A DNA stretch of 64,000 nucleotides from Acidimicrobiales bacterium (GCA_965276635.1 CBDIBC010000002.1:102528-166527), one strand, 5' to 3'. Shown: positions 9,645 to 20,212, counted from the stretch's first letter. Notes: a model not told the origin generated them from the letters alone. Numbers and translations: made by a program.

Positions 9645-10061
9645 CCGCAATCCTCCGCCTACTGCGCGGGGAGGTGGTTACCGAGACCACCGACTGGTAT
9701 ACCCTGAATGACGGTCGCACTCATCTCCGGCCCTACACCCAGCCGCATCCGGAGGTGTGCGTGGCCAGTGCCGTGACTCCCTCTGGTGGCCGCCTCGCAG
9801 GCCGCTACGACCTGGGGATGCTCTGCGTAGCGGCCGGGGAGCCGCTGGGTCACCGCCAACCAGGAGGAGCTGGTGACCAAGCGGGTAGCAGCTGCCACCC
9901 AGATGTTCGCCAAGCACGAGGCGGAGCAGGCCTCCAAGGGTCCTCGCCCCGAACAGCTTTCAGTCACCGACGTCGCCTTCAGCGGCCAGCTGATCGGTCG
10001 ATCCCAAACCGGCGATGTGACGGCCCGGGGCGGTGCTGAGCGGCAGCCGGGTAGCCGATGA
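9605..10061 (+). pseudogene. internal fragment of an LLM-class flavin/F420-dependent oxidoreductase
   Basis: AILRLLRGEVVTETTDWYTLNDGRTHLRPYTQPHPEVCVASAVTPSGGRLAGRYDLGM; no N- or C-terminus; frame changes. Confidence 0.45.
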
Positions 10062-10081
10062 GCGGCTTGTAGGATACTTCG

Positions 10082-10732
10082 ATGGCTACTGGCGAGCAGG
10101 CTCGCGTCGCAGCGCTGCGATCACCGGGTCGACCCCGCCTCTACGAGCCGGATGCCGAGCGAGACCGAATCCTGAGCGCCGCCATCGAGGTGCTGCGACG
10201 CAACGACGGCGAGGAGGCCACCCTCGCCGACATCCTCACCGAGGCTGGGTTGTCGACGCGAGCCTTTTACCGGCACTTCCAGAGCAAAGAGGACGTGATC
10301 CGGGCCCTCTACGGGCGTGACGCTGAGTCCTTCGCCAACCATCTCCGCCGCTACGTCGACGCTGCGCCCGATCCGCTGGCTGCGCTCACTGCTTGGATCA
10401 ACGAGGTGTTGGGCTTGGCCTACGACCGTCGGCGGGCCGAGCGGCTGGCGGCCCTCAGCTCGGCGATGATCACCCGGATCGTTGCCGGGACCCCCGTGCA
10501 GGAGGTCGGCGACGCGCTGTACGTCGAGCCGCTGCGGGCTGTTCTCGAGGAGGGCCTGCGCAGCGGGGCCTTCCCGGCGGCCCGGCCCGAGCTTGACGTG
10601 CGGACAATCCGGGCCGCCACCTGGGAGGCGGTCAACTGGGCACGAAGCCGCCCCGTTCGCCTGACCAGGCGAGAGGCATTGGACCATGTCCTGCGCTTCA
10701 GCCTCCCTGCCCTCGGGGTCGCGCCGGCATAG
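10082..10732 (+). CDS. TetR family transcriptional regulator
   Basis: DRILSAAIEVLRRNDGEEATLADILTEAGLSTRAFYRHFQSKEDVI. Confidence 0.8.
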   Translation: MATGEQARVAALRSPGRPRLYEPDAERDRILSAAIEVLRRNDGEEATLADILTEAGLSTRAFYRHFQSKEDVIRALYGRDAESFANHLRRYVDAAPDPLAALTAWINEVLGLAYDRRRAERLAALSSAMITRIVAGTPVQEVGDALYVEPLRAVLEEGLRSGAFPAARPELDVRTIRAATWEAVNWARSRPVRLTRREALDHVLRFSLPALGVAPA

Positions 10733-10860
10733 TCATCGCCCCGGCCTCGGTCAGCAGCCGGAAGACGTCCTCTGGGCGAGCCCGGCATCGGGCCGGATTT
10801 CCGACCGCTGTGCACCCGGTACCATTCGCTTCGGCAGGTCTCACGGGGGTCCCGGTCGCC

Positions 10861-11769
10861 ATGCGCTTTATATTCCAGTATCCAGAGGTCCAAGGCAGCG
10901 ACGGCGATCTTCTCGACTCCGGTCCGGTGGCAGATCTGGCCAAGGGGGCGGAGGCGGCTGGATGGGACGGGTTCGCGTTCACCGAGCACCCTGCACCCGG
11001 AGCCCGGTGGCTGGCGACGGGCGGCCACCAGACGCTGGATCCGTTCGTGGCGCTCGGCCATGTCGCTGCGGTGACCACCCACCTCCGACTGCTGACCTAT
11101 CTGAGCGTTCTGCCCTACCGCAACCCGCTCCTCCTGGCCAAGGCGGCGGCCACCGTGGACAAGTTGTCGGGTGGCCGCATGATCCTGGGGGCGGGGACCG
11201 GGTACCTCAAGTCGGAGTTCTTCGCCCTCGGCGTGGACTTCGACGAGCGCAACGACCTCTTTGACGAGGCCCTGGAGGTGATGGCCCGGCACTGGAGCGG
11301 GGAGGCGTTCTCACAGCGCGGCAGGCACTTCGACGCCCGCGATATCAAGGCGAGGCCCCGACCGGTGCAGGATCCGATCCCGGTCTGGATCGGCGGCAAC
11401 TCCAAGCTGACCCTGCGCCGGGTGACGGAGCGGGCCCAGGGGTGGATGCCGCTGACCGGGCCGGCCGAGCTCGCCCACACCGCCCGCACGGCATATCTGG
11501 CGACCTTCGACGACGTCCGCGCCCGCATCGAGCTTCTCAAGGACATGGCTGGCGACCGGGCCAACGCTCTCGACATCGCCCTTGGCTACACCGACGCCTC
11601 GGTAAGCCATCCCGACAGCGATGTCGAGCGCCACCGCGACGTCCTCGGCCACCTGGGATCCATCGGCGTGGGATGGGTAGTGGTCGCCGGGCCGAGCGGT
11701 TCGCCCCAGGCGTCGCTGGACTTCATCGCCGCCTTCGCCGCCAACTACATTGGCGGCGACAGCCGGTGA
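10861..11769 (+). CDS. LLM-class F420-dependent oxidoreductase (luciferase-like)
   Basis: MRFIFQYPE..; FAFTEHP, LGAGTGYLKSEF, PIPVWIGGNS motifs. Confidence 0.8.
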   Translation: MRFIFQYPEVQGSDGDLLDSGPVADLAKGAEAAGWDGFAFTEHPAPGARWLATGGHQTLDPFVALGHVAAVTTHLRLLTYLSVLPYRNPLLLAKAAATVDKLSGGRMILGAGTGYLKSEFFALGVDFDERNDLFDEALEVMARHWSGEAFSQRGRHFDARDIKARPRPVQDPIPVWIGGNSKLTLRRVTERAQGWMPLTGPAELAHTARTAYLATFDDVRARIELLKDMAGDRANALDIALGYTDASVSHPDSDVERHRDVLGHLGSIGVGWVVVAGPSGSPQASLDFIAAFAANYIGGDSR

Positions 11770-12344
11770 GCGCCCCTGACGGCACCGGACCGGTATCGAT
11801 GGGACCGGTCCGGCTCGGTCCGCTGGCCGACGATCAGCTCTCGCCCCGACAGCGTGAGGTGGTGCAGGAGGCGGTCGTCGGCTCGACGGTCAACATCTAC
11901 CGGAGCATGGTGCGGGCCACCGAGCCGGCCGCGGCCATGTTCAACATGGGCCGGACGTTGCGCCGGGAGGGGCTGACCGACCGCCAGCGCGAGATCCTCA
12001 TCCTGCGCACGGGCTGGAAGTGCGCCTCGGGGTACGAGTTGGCCCAGCACCAGCGGGTGGCACGTGCCGCCGGCATGACCGTAGCTGACATGGAGCGCAT
12101 CCGCCGCGGACCGGATGCCGCCGGCTGGGAGCCCGGCGAAGCGGCGCTATGCCGGGCCGCAGACGAGCTGCACGACACCGGAACCCTCAACGACGCCACG
12201 TGGGCGGCGCTTGCCGAGCGCCACGACGAGGCCCAGGTCATCGGGGTCGTGATGCTCGTCGGCTACTACCACCTGGTGTCGTATTGCCTCAACGCCCTTG
12301 GCGTACCACTGGAGAAGGGCACCGAGCCGTTTGCCACAGGTTGA
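11766..12344 (+). CDS. carboxymuconolactone decarboxylase (CMD/AhpD-like) family protein
   Basis: GTGA overlap with the LLM stop; LTDRQREILILRTGWKCASGYELAQHQ CMD motif. Confidence 0.7.
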   Translation: MSAPDGTGPVSMGPVRLGPLADDQLSPRQREVVQEAVVGSTVNIYRSMVRATEPAAAMFNMGRTLRREGLTDRQREILILRTGWKCASGYELAQHQRVARAAGMTVADMERIRRGPDAAGWEPGEAALCRAADELHDTGTLNDATWAALAERHDEAQVIGVVMLVGYYHLVSYCLNALGVPLEKGTEPFATG

Positions 12345-12645
12345 CCAGGCGGGCAGCCGATCAGCTTTCACACTGTGGGACCGCCGCTCGGGTCGGCTCG
12401 TGAGCCGTCGGCGGCCCCGAGCCAGTACGGTCGGGGGGAGCCAGGATGCTGGCCGAGCGAGGGGAGGCCTAGGACGTGCGGCAGGTGCTTGATGGAATCA
12501 TCCGGGTGAAAAACCCGTGGGTGCTGCCTCCCACGACCAAGGGGTACACGGCCCGGCCGAACCTTGTCCGATCCCGGGTTCCTCGGGTCATTGTGCGGCC
12601 GGCCCGCCGAAGCCCGCTGCGACCGGCCGTGGAACTAGGACGCTA

Positions 12646-13236
12646 GTGCGACTCGGGATCATCTCCGACGTCCACTGCAACGCCACTGCCATGCAGCGCG
12701 CCGTTGACGAGCTGGCCGGCTCGGTAGACGACATTCTCCTTGCCGGTGACGCTGTGCTGCAGTACCGCTTCTCCGATGCGGTCATCGGGGCGGTGCGTGA
12801 CAACCGGATCACCTATGTCACGGGCAATCACGAACAGATCCTGTTGGGCGAGCACGGGCGGCGGGCACGGGAGGCACCGGGCATCGACGCCCGCAACCTC
12901 GAGGTGATGGCCGCGGCTCCCTTCAGTCACGAGCGTCGGGTCTCGGGCAAGCGGCTCTTGATGGTGCACGCCAGCCCGTTCGAGCCCTACAACGACTACC
13001 TGTACCAGGGAAGCCCGCAGCTGGCCCGGTGCGCAGAGCTCGATGCGGACATCCTGGTGCTCGGCCACACGCACGTGCCCATGGCGACACGCGTCGGTTC
13101 GACCCTTGTGGTCAACCCGGGGTCACTGGGCCAGGGCGGCGATCCGGCCCACCCGGGTATGTCCAGTTACGGCGTGCTCGACACCGACTCCGAGGAGTTC
13201 GCCGTGCATCGATTCGTACTGCCCGTCGACCGCTGA
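12646..13236 (+). CDS. metallophosphoesterase (YfcE-like)
   Basis: VRLGIISDVHCN..GNHE..LMVHASP..VLGHTHVP; AGGA RBS 6 nt before the GTG. Confidence 0.75.
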   Translation: MRLGIISDVHCNATAMQRAVDELAGSVDDILLAGDAVLQYRFSDAVIGAVRDNRITYVTGNHEQILLGEHGRRAREAPGIDARNLEVMAAAPFSHERRVSGKRLLMVHASPFEPYNDYLYQGSPQLARCAELDADILVLGHTHVPMATRVGSTLVVNPGSLGQGGDPAHPGMSSYGVLDTDSEEFAVHRFVLPVDR

Positions 13237-13276
13237 CCGGCGGCCGGCCTGTCGCCAGTCAAGCCCCGATCGGTGA

Positions 13277-13930
13277 CTACGCCGGACCGTTGGGGAACTT
13301 CAGCAGCGACCCGGCGTCGACCCGCAGCTGTTGGCCGGTCACGTAGCGCGACTCGTCGGAGGCCAGCCAGAGCACCGCATTCGAGATGTCGACCGGCTCT
13401 ACGTAGGGGATCGGCATGGCCTGGAAGTACGTGAACGCCGGCAGGGCGTCCTCGCGCGTCGGGTTCTCCAGGTCGGGGCGGAACGTCTTGTAGAGGCCTT
13501 CGTTGTTGAGCAGGTGCGTGTTGCAGTTTGTCGGGTGGATGGCATTGGCGCGAATGAAGCGGGGGGCGAGGTGAAGGCGATCTGCTCGGTGTAGCCGATC
13601 AACGTCTTCTTCGACCACGAATAGCCCGCACCGCAGCGCAGATCAACTTCTCACCGCCGAGCGCCGCGGGGCAGACGTTTCTCAGCACCTTGAAGCAGTA
13701 CGACACTTCCTTCACCCGCGACATCCCGGACTTCGGGTTGCTCGGGTCGGCGATCTCGGTCCAGTTGGCCGCCTACGGGCTCAGCTTGGCCGGAGCCAAT
13801 CCGACGTCGTCGATGTTCATCTCCAAGCTGCGCCAGGTGGACAGCTGGGACGACAACGGGCTGCTGTCCGACAACCCCGCCCACTTCACCGGGTTCGGCA
13901 ACGCCGCCAGCTCGGGCCGCGAGGCTGTGC
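13277..13930 (-). pseudogene. short-chain dehydrogenase (carveol-DH-like SDR) remnant, C-terminal part intact, upstream part frameshifted
   Basis: IRANAIHPTNCNTHLLN..PIPYVEPVDISNAVLWLASDESRYVTGQQLRVDAGSLLK; no Rossmann N-terminus in frame. Confidence 0.5.
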
Positions 13931-14153
13931 CTTCTACGAGCAGCTCAAGGGCGGGAAGTGGTCGCCGGCCACAGGCGGACCCATCTGCGGTAATTACATC
14001 TCCTTCCCCAAGCCCTGAGTCAACCACGCCCTGAGCCAGCCCGAGCTCGCAGGCCGAGCGGGCCTGCGAGCCGCCGATGGGCGTTCTGTGCCGGGATGGA
14101 TCTGCGGGGCTTGGCGGCGGCCGGCCGTGGCGACCACGGTATTGGGAGGCGGC

Positions 14154-15341
14154 CTACCAGGCCAGCGGGAAGTAGTCGATGCCGCGCAGGGACGAGCCGT
14201 TCCACTCCAGGTCGGCACCGGAGGCGAGGGCGTACTCGGGGATCCGCCTGTGCCACTCCTCAACCACGACCTGCAGCTCCATGCGGGCCAGATGCGAACC
14301 CAGGCAGCGATGCACTCCACCGCCGAAGGCCAAGTGCTTCTTGTCGGGGCGCTGGAAGTCCACCGTGGTGGCCTCCGGAAAGGCCGGGTCGATGTTGGCC
14401 GACGCCAGGGCGATCGTCACCAACCGGTCCTTGTGCAACGGGCAGCCGGCGATTTCGGTGTCCTCGGTGACCCGCCGGCTCACGCCCTGGACGGGCGTCT
14501 CCCACCGCAGCAGTTCCTCGATGACCTGCGCCTGCTGCTCGGGGTGCTCGATGACCAGCTGCCGGGCCTCGGGGTGGGTGACGAGGTAGTGGAAGATGCA
14601 CTGCAGGGAGATGGTGACGGTGTCCAGCCCGGCGGCCAGCAGCAGGAAACATATGCGAAGTATCTCGCTGTCGGTCAGCCGCTCGCTGTTGATCTCCGCC
14701 GAGAGGAGATAGCTGATGAGGTCGTCGGTCGGTGTGACCCGCCGCTCCTCCATCGCCGACGCGAAACGCCCGTAGACCTCCATTGCGGTGTCGATCTGCA
14801 ACTTCTTCGCCGACTCCGAGTCGGGCGCCAAGGTTTCGGCCCGGATCATGACATCCTTCCACCGCACGAGGTTGTCCAGCTCGTCGATGGGCAGGCCGAG
14901 GAGGCTGAGGAACGTCGAGCACGGCAGAGGTACGGCCAACTCGGCGGAGAGGTCGCAGGACCCGCGGTCGATGAAGCTGTCGATCAGCTGGTTGGTGTAA
15001 GCGCTGATCGCGGGCCGCAGGGCGGCCATGCGTCTGGGCGCGAAGAGCGGATCGAGCAGCCGTCGGTAGCGGATGTGCTCGGGTGGGTCGACGTTGAGGG
15101 GAATCACCGGCTCGGAGCTGCCCATGATGTCGGTGACCGTCGTCGTCACCGACGAGAACAGCGCCGGGTTTCGCAGCGCTGACTCGACGTCGTCCCGTCG
15201 CAGGATCGTCGCCGACCCGTCACCGGCACCCTCGACGTAGTCGACTGGCGTCTCCCCGATCAGCCGCCAGTAGTAGGCGCGAGGATCGCGAGCCCGGTCC
15301 TGGGCCCACTGGCGAAGCTGCTCTTCGTCGGTGACGGTCAT
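14154..15341 (-). CDS. cytochrome P450
   Basis: MTVTDEEQLRQW..; FGGGVHRCLGSHLARMEL heme-binding loop; EELLRWETPV. Confidence 0.9.
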   Translation of the reverse strand: MTVTDEEQLRQWAQDRARDPRAYYWRLIGETPVDYVEGAGDGSATILRRDDVESALRNPALFSSVTTTVTDIMGSSEPVIPLNVDPPEHIRYRRLLDPLFAPRRMAALRPAISAYTNQLIDSFIDRGSCDLSAELAVPLPCSTFLSLLGLPIDELDNLVRWKDVMIRAETLAPDSESAKKLQIDTAMEVYGRFASAMEERRVTPTDDLISYLLSAEINSERLTDSEILRICFLLLAAGLDTVTISLQCIFHYLVTHPEARQLVIEHPEQQAQVIEELLRWETPVQGVSRRVTEDTEIAGCPLHKDRLVTIALASANIDPAFPEATTVDFQRPDKKHLAFGGGVHRCLGSHLARMELQVVVEEWHRRIPEYALASGADLEWNGSSLRGIDYFPLAW

Positions 15342-15489
15342 GGCGGCTGCCCCCTGGAAGTTGCGCGATGTTTGATTCCTGCAGAGCATACACTCGAGCC
15401 AGGAACGCCGACTGCAGCCGGCCGACGTTCTTGCGCAATTGCCGCCGCCAGGGCGGCGCCCGTCAGTTCGGAAAAGGGGAGGGCATTCG

Positions 15490-16782
15490 ATGCGAGTCGA
15501 GGACATGGTCCTCATTAGCGTGGACGACCACACCGTGGAGCCACCGTCGATGAGCGAGTACTTCCGTGAGCATGTTCCGGCGAAGTACCGCGATCGGGTG
15601 CCACGGGTGATCCGGCGCGACGACGGCAGCGACGCCTGGCTGATCGAGAGCAAGGAGATCGCCACCTTCGGGCTCAACGCCGTCCAGGGCCGCCCGCGAG
15701 CGGCGTGGGGATCGGACCCGGCCAGCTTCGACCAGGTCCGGCCCGGCACATACGAGATCCACGCCCGAGTCCAGGACATGGACGCCAACGGAGTGCTGGC
15801 GTCACTGTGCTTCCCGTCGTGGCCGGGCATCGCCGGCCAGTTCTTCGTGGCGAGCGAGGACAAGGACTTTGCCGCAGCGATGGTTCGCGCCTACAACGAC
15901 TGGCACCTCGACGAATGGTGTGGCGCCTACCCGGGGCGCTTCGTGCCCCTGGCCATCTCTGGCTTCCCTCTCGGCGGGGAATGGATGGCCGGCGAGATCC
16001 GTCGGATGGCCGAGCGCGGCTGCCACGCCGTGTCGTTGCACCCCGAGACCTACCGGGCCGATCACCCCGACTACCACGGCGACGAGTGGGACGACGCCTG
16101 GAAGGCCTGCGAGGACACGGGCACGGTCATGGTGTTCCACTTTGGTGGCATGCCCACGTTCATGCCCCGCTCGCCGTTCTCTGTCATCCCCCACGCCATG
16201 CCGTTCCAGACGGCGATCTTCGCCGCCGAACTGCTGTGGTCGCCGATCATGCAGCGCTTCCCCGGCGTCCGCATGGCCTTGGCCGAGGGCGGCATCGGCT
16301 GGATTCCCTACTTCCTCGAGAAGGCCGACTTCGTCTACGACCACCACCGCCTGTGGACCGGGGCCGACTTCGGCGACAAGCTGCCATCGCAGGTGTTCCG
16401 CGAGCACGTGCAGGGCTGCTTCATCGACGACCTGACTGGCCTCCGGGCGCGCGACGTGATCGGTATCGACATGATCACCTGGGAATGCGACTACCCGCAC
16501 TCCGACTCGACGTGGCCGCAGGCCCCTGAGGTGCTCATGAAATCCCTGGAGACGGCCGAGCTCAGCGACGAGGAGATCGACAAGGTCACCTGGTCCAACG
16601 CCGCCCGTTGGTACCAGTTCGATCCCTTCGAGCACCGGACGCGCCAGGACGCCACCGTCGGGGCGCTGCGGGCGCGGGCCACCGACGTAGACACGACGGC
16701 GCGTGAGTACGGCAATCTCGACCACTCTTACGGGCTCGACATGAACGCCAACCAGTTCATGGATCGCGCCAACCGGCCCTGA
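15490..16782 (+). CDS. amidohydrolase family 2 (ACMSD/LigW-like metal-dependent hydrolase)
   Basis: MRVEDMVLISVDDHTVEP..; strong GGGGAGGG RBS. Confidence 0.8.
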   Translation: MRVEDMVLISVDDHTVEPPSMSEYFREHVPAKYRDRVPRVIRRDDGSDAWLIESKEIATFGLNAVQGRPRAAWGSDPASFDQVRPGTYEIHARVQDMDANGVLASLCFPSWPGIAGQFFVASEDKDFAAAMVRAYNDWHLDEWCGAYPGRFVPLAISGFPLGGEWMAGEIRRMAERGCHAVSLHPETYRADHPDYHGDEWDDAWKACEDTGTVMVFHFGGMPTFMPRSPFSVIPHAMPFQTAIFAAELLWSPIMQRFPGVRMALAEGGIGWIPYFLEKADFVYDHHRLWTGADFGDKLPSQVFREHVQGCFIDDLTGLRARDVIGIDMITWECDYPHSDSTWPQAPEVLMKSLETAELSDEEIDKVTWSNAARWYQFDPFEHRTRQDATVGALRARATDVDTTAREYGNLDHSYGLDMNANQFMDRANRP

Positions 16783-16907
16783 CCTGCGCTCACCCGGAGG
16801 GCATCACCCATGGTGGGGAGGGTCCGGCACCAGAGGTGCCGGAGGCCAGGTTGCCGAAACCGCCCGAGGACCGGTCGAGACGCACGTCACCTGGAGGAGG
16901 ACAACCC

Positions 16908-17096
16908 GTGAAGATTCGCATCGAGACATCGGCGTGCACCGGCCACGGCCGCTGCTACTCGTTGGCGCCAGAGGTCTTCGAGTGCGATGACGCCGGCTAC
17001 GGCAGGATCGCAGACGAGGATGTGCCCGAGGCCCTGCGGGACAAGGCGATGATCGGGGCGCAAAACTGTCCCGAGCAGGCCATCACCGTCGAGTAG
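16908..17096 (+). CDS. ferredoxin (single-cluster, P450-type)
   Basis: VKIRIETSACTGHGRCYSLAPEVFECDDAGYG..AQNCPEQAITV; GGAGGAGG RBS. Confidence 0.8.
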   Translation: MKIRIETSACTGHGRCYSLAPEVFECDDAGYGRIADEDVPEALRDKAMIGAQNCPEQAITVE

Positions 17097-17165
17097 CTGC
17101 GCCGGTTGCGCCGCGGCGGTACAACCGGCGGCCTCGGCGGTCCGTATCGCAGAAGGAGCAGAGAC

Positions 17166-17665
17166 ATGACAGGAACGCACGAGTCCAGACTGCTTATCGA
17201 CGCCCCGCTCGGCGACGCCGTCAGATGGCCGGCCGAGTACATCGACGAGTATCCCTGGGAGCGCGACCTCGGTGTCGCCGACGTTTTCGGCCAGAAGACA
17301 CGGCGCAAGGTGGTCAAGGAGGCCGCTGGCGTGGTCGGCGCGATCGTCCCGTGGAATTATCCGTTCGAGGTGGCGCTCAACAAGTTGGGTCCGGCGCTGG
17401 CAACCGGCAACACCGTGGTCCTGAAGGCTGCGCCCGACACACCGTTCAACGCCACCCGGATCGGGCGGTGTCCTCGAGCGACATCGAGCGCGCCCTGAGC
17501 GTGGCCTCCCGTATCCGGGCCGGGGTGCTCACCATCAACGGATCCAGCTGGTACGGCCCGGCATCACCCTTCGGTGGGTTCAAGCAGAGCGGTGTCGGTC
17601 GCCAGAACGAGTTCGAAGGGTTCGAGCAGTACACCGAGACCAAGACCTACGGGCTTCCGGCCTAG
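17166..17665 (+). pseudogene. aldehyde dehydrogenase remnant with about 250-aa internal deletion
   Basis: [27 protein letters not shown] joined directly to the C-terminal IRAGVLTINGSSWYGPASPFGGFKQSGVGRQ across a frame change; strong RBS before ATG 17166. Confidence 0.6.
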
Positions 17666-17794
17666 ACGACGTTTTTCGCCGAGGCGCTTCCCGAGCTTCG
17701 GCCCGGTAGGGTCGCACCAGCCCTCGCCGCCGTGGACACGCCAATGTCCACGGGAGCGTCCCGCCTCGAGGGGTGGGTTGGGTACCTTCCCCAC

Positions 17795-19000
17795 ATGGAC
17801 ACCGAAGACCGGCAGGTCGTCGACAACGCCGTCGACCACCTCCTCGAGGAGCATCCCCCGGCGTCAACCGAGCCTGTGGAGTTCCTGCGGGCACAGTTCG
17901 ACGCCGGACTGGCCTACGTCTGGTTCCCGCCGGGTTACGGGGGCTTGGGGCTACCCCTCGAGTTGCAGCAGGCCGTCGACCTGCGGCTTGCTGCGGCCGG
18001 AGCTCCGCCGAGCGGCCGTACGACCAACGCCATCGCCGCCGGACAGGGAGCGGCCAGCATCCTGGCCTACGGCAGCGAGGACCAGAAGCGCCGTTACCTC
18101 CGACCGCTCTTCACGGCCGAGCTGATGGGTTGTCAGCTCTACAGCGAGCCCGGCTCGGGTTCGGACCTTGCGTCCCTCGCCACTCGAGCCGTACGCGACG
18201 GCGATGAGTGGGTCGTCGACGGGCAGAAGGTGTGGACCTCTGGAGCCCATCGCGCCGACATCGCCATTCTCCTGGCCCGGACCGATCTCACGGTTCCCAA
18301 GCACGCCGGGCTGACCCAGTTCGTCGTCGACATGCACGACCCGGGCGTCGAAGTACGGCCGCTGCGGCAGATGTCGGGCGGCGCCGAGTTCAACGAGGTG
18401 TTCCTCGGCGGGGTGCGGGTTCCGGACTCCGAGCGACTGGGCGAGGTCAATGACGGCTGGGCGGTGTCGCAGCACACCTTGCTGGCCGAGCGCTACAACA
18501 TGCCCCAGGTGGCCAGTCGCGGGGAAGGAGCCATCTCCCTGGCCGTCGATGCGTGGCAACGACGGCAGGACAAGAGCTCACCGACGGCACGAGCCCTGCG
18601 GGCGGAGTTGCTTCGCCACTGGGTCGACAACGAGGTGCTCCGCCTGCTGTTGCGCCGGGCGGCCGAGCGGCGGGCTCTCGGGATCGCCGGTCCGGAGGGC
18701 TCGCTCGGGAAGGTGGCGGTCTCCGCCACGCTGCGACGACTGAACGAGTGGGCACCGGCACTCCTCGGCGCCGAGGGCTGCATCCTGCCAGAAGGGTACG
18801 ACTCGCTGCCGGACGACCGGGTCGGGATGCGCAGGATGGCCTCCGATCTCGCCGCAGCGTGCGTCGGCAGCCCCGGGGTTGCCATCGCCGGCGGCACCGA
18901 TCAGATCCAGCGGAACATCATCGGCGACCGGGTGCTCGGCTTGCCCCGTGAACCGGCGGTCGATCGGGGGGCGCCCTGGATCCAGACGCCGCGCAACTGA
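17795..19000 (+). CDS. acyl-CoA dehydrogenase
   Basis: YSEPGSGSDLASLATRAVRDGDEWVVDGQKVWTSGA..IAGGTDQIQRNIIGDRVLGLPRE. Confidence 0.85.
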   Translation: MDTEDRQVVDNAVDHLLEEHPPASTEPVEFLRAQFDAGLAYVWFPPGYGGLGLPLELQQAVDLRLAAAGAPPSGRTTNAIAAGQGAASILAYGSEDQKRRYLRPLFTAELMGCQLYSEPGSGSDLASLATRAVRDGDEWVVDGQKVWTSGAHRADIAILLARTDLTVPKHAGLTQFVVDMHDPGVEVRPLRQMSGGAEFNEVFLGGVRVPDSERLGEVNDGWAVSQHTLLAERYNMPQVASRGEGAISLAVDAWQRRQDKSSPTARALRAELLRHWVDNEVLRLLLRRAAERRALGIAGPEGSLGKVAVSATLRRLNEWAPALLGAEGCILPEGYDSLPDDRVGMRRMASDLAAACVGSPGVAIAGGTDQIQRNIIGDRVLGLPREPAVDRGAPWIQTPRN

Positions 19001-19048
19001 GCGGCGCCATCCAACCTCGCACTGCTTCGCCTCCCGAACGGCAGCCGC

Positions 19049-20212
19049 TCAGCTCCGGGTGAGGACCATTGCGCCGCACTGGGGGCCGTGGGCGTTGGCT
19101 ACCACGGCCACCTTGGCGTGGGGGACCTGGCGTCTACCGCACTCGCCTCGCAGCTGCAGTACCGCCTCGGTGAGAAAACCCAGACCGTGCAGGCGCCCCT
19201 CGGTCAGTTGACCTCCGTGGGTGTTGAGCGGAAGGCTGCCGCCGGGGCCGATGCGCTTGCCGTTGTCGACCCAGTCACCGAACTCCCCGATACCGCAGAA
19301 TCCGAGGGCTTCTATCCAGGAGATGGTGATGTGGGTGAAGCCGTCGTAGAGCGCGGCCACGTTGACGTCCCGGACGCTGACCGACGCGTCGCACCACAAC
19401 CGCTTCGCACACTGACGGGTGCCCCCGAAGAGGAGGTCATCGGGGAACGTCCAGTCAGGGGTGCGGCCGGTCCCGTAGGCGATGCTGTCGATGAGCACGG
19501 CCGGCTTCGCCAGGTCGGCGGCTCGTTCCGCAGTCGTCAACACTGCGGCGCAGGCCCCGCTGACTGGGTAGTCGCAGTCGAGAAGGACCAGCGGTTCGGC
19601 CACCGGACGCGAGGCCAGGTAGTCGTCCATGGTGATGGGGTCGCGCAGCACGGCCCGTTCGTTGCCGGCCGCCCATCTCCTGGCGTTGACGGCAATGTGG
19701 CCGTAGTCCTCGTTCGAGCCGCCCAGCTCGGCGATGCGGCGTTGCTTGCGCATGCCCATCGACTGGATGATCCCGCCCGCCAGGCCGTAGGGGGCGGTGA
19801 ACTGCTCGTGGCCGCCGGCCGGCTGGCGCTCGGTGAGCACCGCCCCCTGATGGCCGGCGGCACGGGTGATGGTCCGATACACCAGAACCGTGTCGCACGC
19901 GCCGGAGGCGATGGCCATCGCGGCATCCAAGGCGCCCGCCAGCCCGGAGGGGCCGCTGCCCATGATGTCGTTGAAGACGTGGAGGTTGTCGATGCCGAGC
20001 AGTTTCTGCGCGCTGATGGCCGTGGGTGAGTCCCCCCGGCCGCCGAACTGGTACTCGACGATCCCGTCCACGTCGGCAGGGGTGAGGCCGGCGTCCGTGA
20101 GCGCGCCGCGGCATGACGTCAAGGTCATGCTGCGGATGTCGGGCGCACCTGACCGAGCGATGGGAGAGTAGCCCACGCCGGCGATGGCGACGGGCCGGGA
20201 CAGGCGGCTCAT
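19049..20212 (-). CDS. thiolase-like lipid-transfer protein (Ltp2/SCP-x type)
   Basis: MSRLSRPVAIAGVGYSPIAR..; ATGA overlap with the upstream DUF35 gene. Confidence 0.8.
   Translation of the reverse strand: MSRLSRPVAIAGVGYSPIARSGAPDIRSMTLTSCRGALTDAGLTPADVDGIVEYQFGGRGDSPTAISAQKLLGIDNLHVFNDIMGSGPSGLAGALDAAMAIASGACDTVLVYRTITRAAGHQGAVLTERQPAGGHEQFTAPYGLAGGIIQSMGMRKQRRIAELGGSNEDYGHIAVNARRWAAGNERAVLRDPITMDDYLASRPVAEPLVLLDCDYPVSGACAAVLTTAERAADLAKPAVLIDSIAYGTGRTPDWTFPDDLLFGGTRQCAKRLWCDASVSVRDVNVAALYDGFTHITISWIEALGFCGIGEFGDWVDNGKRIGPGGSLPLNTHGGQLTEGRLHGLGFLTEAVLQLRGECGRRQVPHAKVAVVANAHGPQCGAMVLTRS

Noticed and set aside
14088-15182. 364-aa ORF antisense to the P450
   Set aside because: Antisense shadow ORF; the P450 frame has the heme-binding motif and a proper start.
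15802-16725. 307-aa ORF antisense to the amidohydrolase
   Set aside because: Antisense shadow ORF with no motifs.
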